A DNA stretch of 46,392 nt from Atractiella rhizophila. Its lineage: Eukaryota. The notes under the pieces are model-generated. The model had not been told where the DNA came from. It did not search any database and worked only from the letters and a program-made list of their open reading frames with translations. The position numbers and the translations under genes are program-made. Positions 24,109 to 35,619 of this stretch are shown here, one piece after another; within the stretch, counting starts at the first letter, position 1; each line of letters opens with the position of its first letter. Where the stretch lies: positions 66,288-112,679 of the forward strand of contig MU271266.1 of the NCBI GenBank assembly GCA_021432655.1, in the 5' to 3' direction.

Positions 24109-24170
24109 TACCTTCATGCACCTGGCCCTTCAAACCCATCTCGGCAGTCAATCAAGCTCAGGCATTCCTC

Positions 24171-25824
24171 ATGAAAGGCAAAATCATACTCGAGGAAGCT
24201 TTTCAACTTCCTGAACTGTAAGTGTTCTGATCATTAGTCCGCTGTGATGTTTGGGAAGGCTCTAATGACGAGGCACAGGCGTGAAGAAGCGAAAGGTTAT
24301 GCTGGTCCTAATGGTGTAGACCTCTTGGAGACCCAGCTTGTCGAACTGGACAATCGGCTTGCTATGATGGACGAAGCTGGCGTGGAGTTCCAAGTCCTCT
24401 CCCTCACCTCCCCTGGTCCGCAAGGCATTACGGATCCTGAGAAAGCAGCCGCTCTTGCAGTGAGAGGAAACGAGTGCGTGATTTCGCCCGTTTCGCGTAT
24501 TCGATGTTAATATGTGCTAACAGTTACATTGCTCAATTCGTGGCCAAGCACCCCACTCGTTTCTCTGCTCTGGCTAGCCTCGCGATGCATGACCCGCATG
24601 TTGCTGCCAAAGAGGCTCGAAGAGCAATCAAAGAACTTGGTCTTTGTGGAATCATTTTGAATGACTTCCAGAGTGCTGGTGATGGAAACGAGATGATTTT
24701 TTATGATGATCCAAAGTGAGTGTTACCTATGACAGGTCACTTGAAAACTAAAGGTGGTAACTAGATTTGATCCATTCTGGTAAGCCACGCTTGTGATAAA
24801 TGACAGGAACCGTAGTTTAATATTTATTTGTGCTAAAGGAAAGAGATTCAAGAACTCGACGTCCCAGTGTACATGCACCCACGAATTGCAACACCTTTGA
24901 TCTTTAAGGTAAGACTCGTGGTTTCCTGCCTTGACGAAGCTAAGCTGAATCACTGCCGTGATTTAGCAACTATATGCGAAACGACGATGGTTAGCTGCAT
25001 CCGCATGGGGTTTCGCATCACAGCTTTCTCTGCACGTTCTTGGTATCATCACCTCAGGAGTCTTCGACAGATTCCCAAAGGTTGGAATTTCCTCCATGTG
25101 ACATGTTTGCAGCAAATTTGTTCATGATTCCCGGTAATCCATCAGGTTCAAATGATTATTGGGCATCTTGGAGAACATATACCTGCGGACTTGGAAAGGC
25201 TGGACGTAAATTTCGATCCCTTGATGTTACGATGAATGTTCATTGTTCGACCAGCATCGACTCGATAGAGATCGCTTTCAAGACCTTCCCATGAACCCCC
25301 ACAAGCTGGTGCGCGACTACTTCACAACGAATGTCCACATCACGGTATGGTTCAATATACTCGCTCAGTGCAGCCTCTTAATTGAATTGTGAAGACGTCA
25401 GGCAATTTCTCAACGCGAACACTTATCTCTTGCATGACTGAACTCTCCAGTGACCGTTGTATGTTCTCTGTTGATTATCCTTATGGTGCGCTTTCTTCGT
25501 CCGTCCGTTGCATCCGTTTGATTAATTCTCCATCATCACAGAGGACAGCCTGCTGGAAGGCTGCACATGGATGGATGAGCTTGAAATTTCGCATATCGAC
25601 AAGTTGAAGATCGCTCGAACGAACGCCATCAAGCTGTTGAAACTTGATCGCGCACCTCACAATCTGGATCCCAAGATCCCATTTTCAGAACTCAATATTG
25701 GGGGGTTGAAAGGTCAGTGAGACCATCGACCATCTAGATGTGGCATCTAACCAGATTCTTAGGCAATATGCATCCAGACAAGTACGCTGCGTTGCGCGGA
25801 TTCGGGAAGCAAAATCAACGATAA
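24171..25824 (+). CDS. Amidohydrolase-superfamily non-oxidative aromatic acid decarboxylase (2,3-dihydroxybenzoate/salicylate decarboxylase-like), ~10 introns
   Basis: MKGKIILEEAF, LSLTSPGPQG, VPVYMHPR, GVFDRFPK|VQMIIGHLGEHIP, HIT|TSGNFST and FSVDYPY|E. Includes a 15-nt microexon at 24765-24779. Confidence 0.92.
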
Positions 25825-25840
25825 GTTACCAGTCGAACTA

Positions 25841-25980
25841 CTATGTGTAACAACGAGGATATAAAGCATTGAACACTAGGATTGATTCGGATTGAGAAAC
25901 TGAATCAACACTAATATGTTTAACGAAAGCTATGTGTAACAATGAGGGTATCAGGCAGTCAACACAAGGATCGATTGGAA
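25841..25980. repeat. Degenerate direct duplication (~89-nt period) between convergent genes
   Basis: CTATGTGTAACAACGAGGATA..CATTGAACACTAGGATTGATT (25841) versus CTATGTGTAACAATGAGGGTA..CAGTCAACACAAGGATCGATT (25930). Confidence 0.7.
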
Positions 25981-26029
25981 GAGAAAGATAGCAAGACTCA
26001 GAAAAGAAAACAAAAGGCAAAGCATGTAA

Positions 26030-28823
26030 TTAAGCGAGCTCTGTGCTAGTCCTGGAATCAGTGACCACGAGCAATGGTGGCACGAAAGAATCCATATTCG
26101 ATGCGTTGCCGCTCTTCGTGCTTCCGCTCTCGATGTCGTCCGGCTCGAGATCGTAGACTTCAAGATTGCTGCTATTCCTTCCTAATCCCCAAAACGACTT
26201 CTCCCTCGAGCTCTTAGTACTTCTGGTACTCCTCGTCCTCGGACGTGAATGAATTGAAGAAGCGAGGGAAGCAGAGTCCATCGAGTTTCGTGGAGACGTC
26301 GTGAAGACGGGGAACGGTCGGATCTTAACGGTAGCATGCGCCTCATCCTCCATATTCGCTCCAGTGCCTGGTCTAGAGGACTTGCGTGAACGAATTGAGG
26401 GTCGTTGAGAATTGATCGAATCCATGGACTTTCGAGAACCTAAAAGTGTTACCAATTGAGAAACTCAGTTCCGATGATGAGAGAAATGCGCGCACTCTCT
26501 CCTCCGTTTTCTCCATCCACTCTGGGCTCGTCTTTCCTCTCAGAACTTGTCATCGGAACTACATTCAGACTGTTCTTCTTGCTCCTCGTAAAAGCAAACA
26601 GGCTCCGTACACTCCGCGCATCATCGTCCTTCTCCGCTGCCATCGATATTCCCAACCCTTTCACACTGTTAACGTCATCCCTACTGTTATTAGCATTCTT
26701 CATGAAAGGCCTCCTCAAGAATCCCAATTTCGGACTTGGGGGAGTAGGACGCTCCCTTTCACGCTCTTCCACCGGACTGTCCTGTCTTGGGAAGGGTTCC
26801 ATGGCTGCAGGAGGACGGATCACCTCCGTGATTGGGCCACCGAGGTACGCAGGACGGCTGAGGCGTAGGAGTTCGAGGACTTCCCGCATCATGTGATCCG
26901 ACTCGACAGTGTGAGAGGGATCTCCATATTCCAGGAGCTCCTTTAACGTCGAGGGACGCGAGTTGCCTGAATCACCGGTATCCATCGTATCTGAACGAGT
27001 TAGACTCGAGCGCAGAGAGTGAATCGAATTCGCGTAGGATGAAACTCGGTTGTTGGGAAGTCCTGATGCCGTGGATTTGTATGGTGGACGACCTGGATGG
27101 GAAACTGTTCACATGAGAATTAATACGACTGAATGTCTGAGAATTGTAACTACGTACTCGTCGACTCATTTCTTCCTTTCACGTAGAGACTGGGGTCGTT
27201 CAGATTGACATGAGAACCGGATAAGGCATTGACAGTGAGCGCAGAACTATCATGGGTAGATGTCAAGGTCTAGACCCAAAAGGAGTCCATAAATACTCAC
27301 CCAAAATTTCCAGCATTCTTCTTCGATCCCAGCTGCTTCATGATGACGGAAACTCTCAAAGTGGCGTTCGTCTTCGAATCGGTCAGCAAGAACTTGACTT
27401 CCTTCTCATGCGTATGAATATATTTCGTCAAATCCACGTCTACGTGACCCAACTTGAGATCCTGCTTTTTCAAGACGCGATCATCAATCATCGAGGGCTC
27501 GACAAATCGTTCCCGAGACGGTTGAGGTGTGAGAGAGGGGGAAGAAGTGACTGTAGCATTCGGGGTGAGGGTTAGAGATTGGCTGTAGGTGTAGGAAGTC
27601 CGCAGGGAGGAAGAGGAGGGAGAGGAATGGACGTTAGACGGAGGAGAAGGGAGATAATCGTCCATCGAATTCTCCCACGGTCGATGATAGCTCGTCTTGC
27701 TCGCTGTCGGCGGGACGGCCGTGAGGGGGGCGGTAGGCGATTGGACTTCTTCTTCCACGACTTCAGAAATAGTATCCACCGTCCCCACTCCTCCTTGCGC
27801 ATTCGCCCTCTCTTTCCCTTTGAAAATCTTCGATTGCGAAGGAACCTCCTCTTGTCTCACCGTCAGCTTCAGTATGCAAGGCTGAATCACCGACATCTTC
27901 GAAGCAGTGACGGTGACAGGACAAATGAACGAATGGTCGAACGTAACGGAATGAAGCTCGTTGTTGAGCGCACGCCAGGGCGTAGAACCTTTGGATTCGG
28001 CTCGTCGCTGCTGTGATTGTTCCTTCGTTTCTCCAGCTCCCGTTCCGGCCAAAGATGGGGCTTTAGCTGGCGAAAATGTGGACGGCACGTCAGTTTGCAA
28101 GCTCAGATTTGGGCCTCTGCGTTGGGATTCAGACGACGGACGATAGCTTGGAGGAGAGCTGAGTCCGTTCGAAGCGCCATCACTGTATGACGGAGAAGCG
28201 TTGTCGGGAGGAGAGTAGCGAAAGGTTGGCGGGGATGCTGCTGACTGACCGCTCGGACTCCTGGACATCGAGGAGGAATTTGTATATCGACTGCCTGAGC
28301 CAGAGGATCGAGAGTCGATTGAGAAGCGAGGAGCGGTAGGTGTCATCATGTCACCCGCGAGCGTATGATGGGATGGCGACTGGGTGTTTATCGATATAGA
28401 AAGTCGTGAATCACGAGTATTAGCAGAAGGCACAGCGGACACGTTGGATATGGACCGTGGTCTACTCCTCTCCGAAAACGCTCCACGGTGGTGCGAGTTG
28501 AAAGCTGTCGATAGCAGTTGCCCCACCTTCCCTCTCTTCTCAGAATCTTCCTCCTCAGTGTGCGTCTGTCGCCTCGACCTCCACCCCGAACGGGAATGGG
28601 ACTCGTCCTCCGAGTTGTCTGTGGTCGAAGCTCCAGATTCGTTGTCTTTATCCTTGGTCTCATCCAACGACTCGAAATGCTTCTCCTTCGCAGGAGAACG
28701 GAACTTCCAGCGGACTCGAAAAGAGCCAGCGACGAGGGGAATGTTAGTGAGTGAGTGTACCTTGATAGTGCAAAGAAAGGTCTCTTGTTGCTGGGAGGAG
28801 CCCAGGTGCATTAGTTTGTCCAT
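26030..28823 (-). CDS. NT-C2 (EEIG1/EHBP1 N-terminal C2) domain protein with long disordered regions, spliced
   Basis: NT-C2 strands FLCTIKVHSLTNIPLVAGSFRVRWKF, HSVTFDHSF..PCILKLTVRQE and LGHVDVDLTKY..KFLLTDSKTNATLRVSV. Downstream exons are Ser/Arg-rich. Confidence 0.82.
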
Positions 28824-29409
28824 TATGGGCAGGACGTTGCGAGTCTGGTAAGTAACGATGAGCAATGATGGTCAGGGTGCGATTGAAGAGCGAGTGTTGG
28901 TTTGTGCGAAGCTGTCGTGGATGTCAGTTGGAAGCAAGTGACAGCGTGATTTGATGATGTGTCTGGACCTTTGCTGGCTAAAACTGGTGATATCCCTCAA
29001 GAAAACGAGATAAGGCACTCCAAAGGCTGATGCTGGAGCTGATGGTCACGCCCTTCGTCGTCGTTGGATTTATTTGGGAACTCTGTCGGGGCCTGTCGGT
29101 GTCGGGATTCGTTTATGGTTCGGAGTTCGGAGATAACGAGCTACTCAAACCTTTATTGCGCAGCGCCTTCAATCGAAACCTTACCATGAACCTTCCTGCT
29201 GGTTCACAACTTCCAAGTGGGAACATGGATCTGCTGAAGATCTGAATGAGGGTATCGTGAACACCAATAATGATATGAACGATAATTTCTTCGCCATTAT
29301 AGTGGGATTAGAGAGATTGTGAAAGTCATGTAGTATCTTTGTAACTCGGATGCAAACTTGAATGTGGCAGCTGCATTGCCATTTGGCTCGAATCGTAATA
29401 CAGTAATGC

Positions 29410-32400
29410 TCACGAAGTCTTTCTCCTTTTCTTTGGCCGTCCAGCCGCCTCTTTGTCCCTCTTCTCCTTCAATCCCTTCTCCTTCCACAGCTCCCTCTTC
29501 GCCTCCCTTTCTCTCTCCCTCTTTCTCTCAGTCGAATCCTCGACCTTCTTCGCATACCTCTCCCGCTCCAGACCTTTCTTCTCCTTCCTCTTCTCCCCTT
29601 TCTGTCTCTCAATGGCTCGTAACTGTTGCATCATCACCAGCGCCTTCTTCTCCTCCGGCTGCAGCACGACGGCCCGCTTCTGCATATACGTCTGTTCCTT
29701 CTGTGGACGCGCATTCTTCGTCTTTGAGGCAAAGGGAAGGGAAGACTCCAGAGCGCGTGGGACTCGGAGAGGATTAAACTTGCGCTTTGAACGCTCAATT
29801 TTCTAAACCAAGGGTGAGACATCAGACCTCACTTCAGACATGCGAGGAAAGCGTACCTGGTACTGGGAGTTCAATGGCACAGGAGCTTTCTTTCCTTGCT
29901 CAAGCCGGACCTCTCCAGTCAACCGCATACCTTTCCAAGTTCCTTTATCCTCCAACAGAAGCGAAGACACTGGATTATAATACTGCCTGGGTTTGATCCC
30001 ATACCACGCTCGCAGGAAGATAATGTCGCTAGCTAGAACCTTGTCTTCAAATGTAGCCCTGAATGCTCCTTCTGGACTCTTCAACGCTTTCTTGACTTGC
30101 CCACGAATGCCAGACACCGTGCGAATGTTGGCACCTTCGAACTTTGCGACTTCGAGAGCCGACGTAAACATATCTTTGATGTAAGCTGTGTTCTTGAAGA
30201 TCTTGTACGCTGTTCCCGTCAGCTTGAGCTTTTTGACAATCTTTGGTGCACTGTCTGAGTCAAGGACGACGCCTGTGGCCGCAATACGAAAGGACGATGA
30301 CGAGCCAGAGAGAGAGGTGAAAGCGCAAACTCCAGTGTTCGGTCCGCTGACAGGCCCGTAAAAGGTAGCGAGACAGTGCATGTGCTCAGGTGTGTATTTG
30401 AGCATCCGATGATGCGTTCCATCGTCGAGGGAGTAAATGGGAGTGACTTGAAACCGTCGCCAGCCAACAGAGAGGATGAGAGGGTCGTTTGTCTTCAAAA
30501 TCTTGGGATACCAACGATGCTTCTTTATTCGAACCTTGACGTAATCGAAACTCTCCTCATGTGCTAGGAGACCACCGACGATGAGAGGGAATCGAGGATC
30601 AAATTGCTCCACCAGTTCGGCGGGAACGTTTGAAAGTTCGATTCGAACGTAAGTTCCTGGACGATATCCTTCCAATTCGGCTCGAGCCGTTGGATCTAAA
30701 TCCTTGAAAGCATCGCGGTTCGCTTCAAGACGCCGCGAGATCTCCTCCTTTGCAGTCGTGAAGAAATCTTTCTTCCCTTCTCCATCTCCCTCAGAATCAG
30801 ACGAGCCATCATATTCGCGATCGAATTTCCGCTTCAGCATCTTCTTCTTTCGCTCCAGCTCTTCCTTCTTCTTCGCCTCCTCGTCCTTCTGCTCCCCTTC
30901 TGTTCCATCTTTCTCTAAATCTTCGAAATCCCCGAATTTCTCTGCTCCTTCCTCTTCTGCCGCTTCTTCTCCAGTGATAAAAAGATAACGAAACGAATCA
31001 AGGTCTTGTTCTAGAGCTCTCAACTCCTCGTCATTCGGCAAGGCTCGAAAACGGTCCTCCTCTTCGTCTTCATCTACCTCTTTGACGCGCTTGAAAAGTT
31101 CATCATCATCTTCTTCGTCTTCCTGTTCCTGCACAACACCGCCTCCACGTATACGTCGAGCGTCAAGATCGGTCTCGTACAGCAATCGAGTGATGTCCTT
31201 GGGTTGATCTTTGAGGGACTGAGAGAAGTAATCAGACGCTTTTGACGCGAGGTCCTTCTTCCACTCTGGGTATTCCTCTTCATCCTCTTCCTCGTCAGAT
31301 GGTATATTTCTTCCCTTTTCATCAAATTCCACCTCACCGCCTGCTCCAAAATCTATGTCTGAATCACTGTCCGCGAACTGGAAATCATCCTTCTCTTTCC
31401 CATTTAGACGCGAATTCGTTGATGGCCTCCGATGCCTCCTTTTTTGGAACGATGTCACATCCTCTTCCTCTTCCTCCTCGCCCTCCTCATCGTAGGAATC
31501 AAGCTCGGCTTCCTCTACCTCAGCCATAGGATCGTCCTCGTCGTCCTCATCGTCATCAAAATCATCTGGCTCTCCTTCAAACGTTACCCGTCGCCGCGTT
31601 GCCCCTTTGCTGCTCCCTTCTCCGCGATCGGCCTCGTCTTCCACTGTCAATGTGCCTTTAGAATTTTCGAATAGCCGAATCTGGCTCTTCTCAATACCGT
31701 CTCTCAAAGTGCTCTTCGCCTCTTGGAGGTCCAACACCATCTGCACTCCTTCACCGACCTCTTCATCTGACTCTACTTCCTCGGATCCTTTCTTGGTAAA
31801 ATCCCCCTTCGTGTTGATCCATATTTTCTCCCCATCCCACTCGACCGCCCCTCCTGCTCCTCCTGTCATAGGAGCATGCACGATTTTGTGCTTATCGCTG
31901 AGCTTTCGTTTCCGCTCGCTCTCTTTAGTCGGTAGAGGGCATGGGTCGGATATTCCCACCATTCGAATGACAGGCAGAGAGTCTGTGCCAGACCCTGGGA
32001 GGTGGATCCGCACCGGAGTCGTGGACGTGGGAGGACGAAAAGGTACGCCTCGAACATATCCGTAGAGCGCTATGGTACGGTCGGAAGTGGGGGAGGATTG
32101 AAGGGTAGCGGATGGGGTGAGATCGTCCATCCTATCGGCAAGAACATAGGGGTGAGAGTTTCGAAATGACAACGGACGAAACTTGGCGACGCTGATAAAC
32201 CTATCATCCCCATTTAATAGGTCGCAAGAAGAAGGACCGTGAAGGAGTTACCTGCTCAGGTTTAAAATCTCGCGGTCTGGATAACGGCCATTTAACACTC
32301 CACTTAGATAGAACATTTTGGCTCCATCATATACCTCAGTCCAAAATCTGTGCTTGAGCTTTTTCTTCTGCTCCTTCAATTGTTGGGATGACTTGATTAG

Positions 32401-33495
32401 GTCCAAGTGGGTGAGAACGGCAATGAGTTTGGGAAGACCGTGCGATGACAGCGCAGACAGGCATTCAAATGTTTCCATCTCCAGCCCGAACGATCCATCG
32501 ATGACGAGTAGAACAAGATCTGCGACTTTGGAGACGTCGACCATGGCTCCCAGATCGTTAGGGCATTCCATGAAAGTCAATCGCCTGGTCTTCCCTGTGA
32601 AATATCGCTCAGTGTTGTCACGCTATGGAGGGACGAGACCGAACGCACCACTGACAACAGTAGCAGGGCCTTTAATGTTTGGTAACGTATTCTTCGTATA
32701 CCTCCTGACTAAGCTGCGTATGAGAGTGCTCTTCCCAACTCCGCTTGGTCCAACAACAGCAACGATCACAGGTGGCGGTCCAAGGTCATCGTCTCCTACG
32801 CTCGTGACGACAACAGAGCCTTTCTGTGAGGTCTGACCGCTCCCAGATGCCGTTCCACCAAATGTGCGATCGACGGCCGGAACGTGCAGCTTGTTCTGGT
32901 CCAATTCTACATTTCGCCTGGCTTGCTTCTCTGCTCGCCGGAATGAGCGCGGTGCAAACGCCTTTCCGAAGAACATGTCAGTAACTCGCTTGATGAAGCA
33001 TTTTTTAAATTGTTAAAACTTAAAATCAGAGCAGGACTATGCTGTGGACTCATTTTGCGACTTCTCGAATCGCTGTCAAGCACAGCAGGCGGTATAAGGT
33101 ACAAAGATCTTGCAATAGGAGTAACGTTAGATCAAACTCTTCATGATCGAGGAAGGTGTTCGTCGCACGAAAATTCACAACAGATCCATCCATGAAACAA
33201 GCAGTTGTACAAGATGAACTTCTGAGGAGTCCTCTTCAAATGCAGCCATTCAGCTTCTCTCCCTGAACCTAGAAGAAACACATATTCAAGCTCCTGTATG
33301 AACTCTTAGAAACGAGCTCCCACATCCAGAACTCTCGCTGAGCAAAAATTTGTGGCCCATTTTTGACCCGAGCCCAGCATTACGGAATATAACTCTCACC
33401 TTCGGATTTTTTCCCTTTTCAAACTGCTGCTTCCCTTTGCCCTTCTTATCCTTCGCACCAGTCCTGTGCGGCTTATTCGCTTGCTGGAGATCCAT
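29410..33495 (-). CDS. BMS1: Ribosome biogenesis GTPase Bms1, 4 introns
   Basis: KNPK|AF, P-loop [74 protein letters not shown] and [20 protein letters not shown]. Confidence 0.97.
33022..33148 (-). ncRNA. Candidate intronic box C/D snoRNA in BMS1 intron 1
   Basis: On the minus strand: box C-like ATGAAGA (33144-33138), box D CTGA (33029-33026), short terminal pairing ATCA/TGAT, and an internal 7-bp stem TGCTGTG/CACAGCA enclosing a GCGATT/AGTCGC hairpin. Box D is ~64 nt upstream of the 3' splice site. Target unidentified. Confidence 0.55.
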
Positions 33496-33637
33496 AGCAG
33501 AATCGCTGGAGCTGCTTGCTTTCACCCGAAAAATCTCATAACCCCTGCGGGTGTAAATCCGACATTCCGACATCATCAACCAACTTCGACACGCCGACCT
33601 CCAAGAATTTCCTAACCATTGTTTCAAACTCGTAAAT
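33496..33637. promoter_or_regulatory. Compact bidirectional promoter BMS1/SCS2
   Basis: Divergent ATGs at 33495 (-) and 33638 (+) are only 142 nt apart. Confidence 0.7.
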
Positions 33638-34933
33638 ATGTCAGTAGAGCTTCACCCAGGCGGTATGTTGGGGTTCCCAAGTGAGTATTCTCTCGAAAAT
33701 ACGAAGAAAAACGGCAGCGTGCTGACTGAGCATGGCTTCCTCTTTCCCCTTCCGTCTCAACTCTAGGACCCTTGACACAGCTCGTAAAAAGAAGTTTGAC
33801 CGTCGTAAACCACAACGATGAGCCCGTTATATTCAAAGTATGACCTTCCTCCGTCTCTCTAATGCCAACTTGCTTACGAAAGACTTACCACTTGATGACA
33901 TGGATAGGTCAAGACGACGGCTCCTAAACAGTATTGCGTCCGGCCCAACAGTGGGAGGGTGGAACCTGGACAGAAGGTTGAAGTGCAAGGTGAGCATATC
34001 TCAGCTGTGGATTGGCGTGCGTGTGGTTCGAAGCGAGGAAGTGTGATGTGAACCTATCTTGCGGTGGACCTGTTTGCGTCACCTTTTGGCTCTTGTTGAA
34101 TCTTCCTGATCGTGGAGTCTTTGAATTGTGACTTATCCTAACAAAACCTCTCGCAGTTCTGCTACAACCTATGCGGGAAGATCCCCCACCCGGTGCCAAA
34201 TGCCGAGACAAGTTTCTGGTCCAATCCGCCATCATTCCTGATCCAACGGAGACTCGTCTACCGGAAATTTGGCAAGCCGTCGAACGCGAAGGGAAGGAGG
34301 GAGTGCATGAACAGAAGATTCGGTGCCAGTATCTCCCACCTGTGGACGAGATGCCAAGTCAACATGAGCCTGCCCCGGAGCACACTGAGAGCTCGATCAT
34401 CACCAATGGAAACCAACATGATGAGGTGCGTAGTGATATATTTGCCCAGATTCGCGATCGTTGAAATTGCTTGCGTTTAGGATGCACGCTACAACACCGT
34501 TCGCACATCACCCACGAATGGCTCCATTGTTGCTTCTACTAGAGGTTACGATGCCCCTCCATCTCCCGTTTCGGCGGAGAACAACATTCCTATGAAAAAG
34601 TCTATGTCTTTTGAACAAGCTCCCGACTCAACACCGGCGCGTTCCGCCATCGCGCCCACTGTGGATGAGATGAAGAGCAAGTTGGCAGATTATGTGAAGG
34701 AGATCGAAAGGCTGAAGGAGCAATTGAAGGACAGGAAAGTCGTTTCCGCTGCTGGGGAGAAGGTTGCACATGTGCAACAGGCTGTTATTGGAGCGGATGC
34801 CCCGATCGATGGAGTCAAGATGGAGGTTGTTGCGGCTCTGATGTTTGCTACTTTCCTGTTCACTTGGTTCGTTTCTCACTCTCTGTCTTCCGACAATCTC
34901 TTAATCGCATACATGTCTAGGCTTTTCTTCTAA
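33638..34933 (+). CDS. SCS2: VAMP-associated protein (MSP domain, coiled coil, C-terminal TM)
   Basis: VIFK|VKTTAPKQYCVRPNSGRVEPG and KCRDKFLVQS. Coiled coil EMKSKLADYVKEIERLKEQL. TM VVAALMFATFLFTW|LFF*. Confidence 0.95.
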
Positions 34934-35619
34934 TTAATACCCTTGATGGCAAGTTTGGCAAAGACACGTCCAGTCTGCTGCCGGTGAACAAGAAACAATT
35001 CTCTGTTTCCTTCCTCCATTTCCGTCACTCGTCAGCCGCATGGACATTTCGGCTTCACCTGCTATTGCTCTGCTTTCCTCCTCCTATAGTCAGTCAGATT
35101 CCGCCTTGAGATCTTGCTCTCCAACTCGTGTCCTTCCTTCGACCTTTTCCTCTCACCCCTAAAACACCTCGCGATGAAGTTTTCTTTGTTTGTGTAGCTA
35201 ACCATTTGTTACTATTCTCATTGTCCCTTTCAATCGCAATACCGTTTCCGTTTCACAACTTCCTCTTTTGACTTACACCTGATTTTTCTCTTATTAAGAT
35301 GTATGTTCCTCGACGCTAAAAGTGAGGACGTGGGGAAGTGGCTAATCCCTGTATGAGTAGGCTTGCTGATGTGGATTGGATCCTGTTTATTTCTAAAGCG
35401 GAGCAGAAAGTAGAGAACTGATCCATCTACCCTGTTGAGCCAGATAAAGCTCCAGCTGTCTCAAATACAAAACCTGAGGCACGAACTCCAATTCTGTACT
35501 GCTGTGACGTAATGATGCAGCAATCAGCTCCAACATCGACCAGGAAGCAGGAAGGGACCACGGCATTAGCGCAGGGGCATAGCAAAAGCTAGAGCAAAAG
35601 CGTGTTGCAAGTATTCGAC

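Noticed and set aside
21855..25824. Cupin + decarboxylase as an aromatic-catabolism gene cluster
   Set aside because: They are separated by housekeeping TCTP, no transporter or regulator is nearby, and YjlB-like cupins are not established ring-cleavage dioxygenases.
29030..29245. 71-aa plus-strand ORF between the NT-C2 gene and BMS1
   Set aside because: No homology cues; it sits in promoter/3' UTR space.
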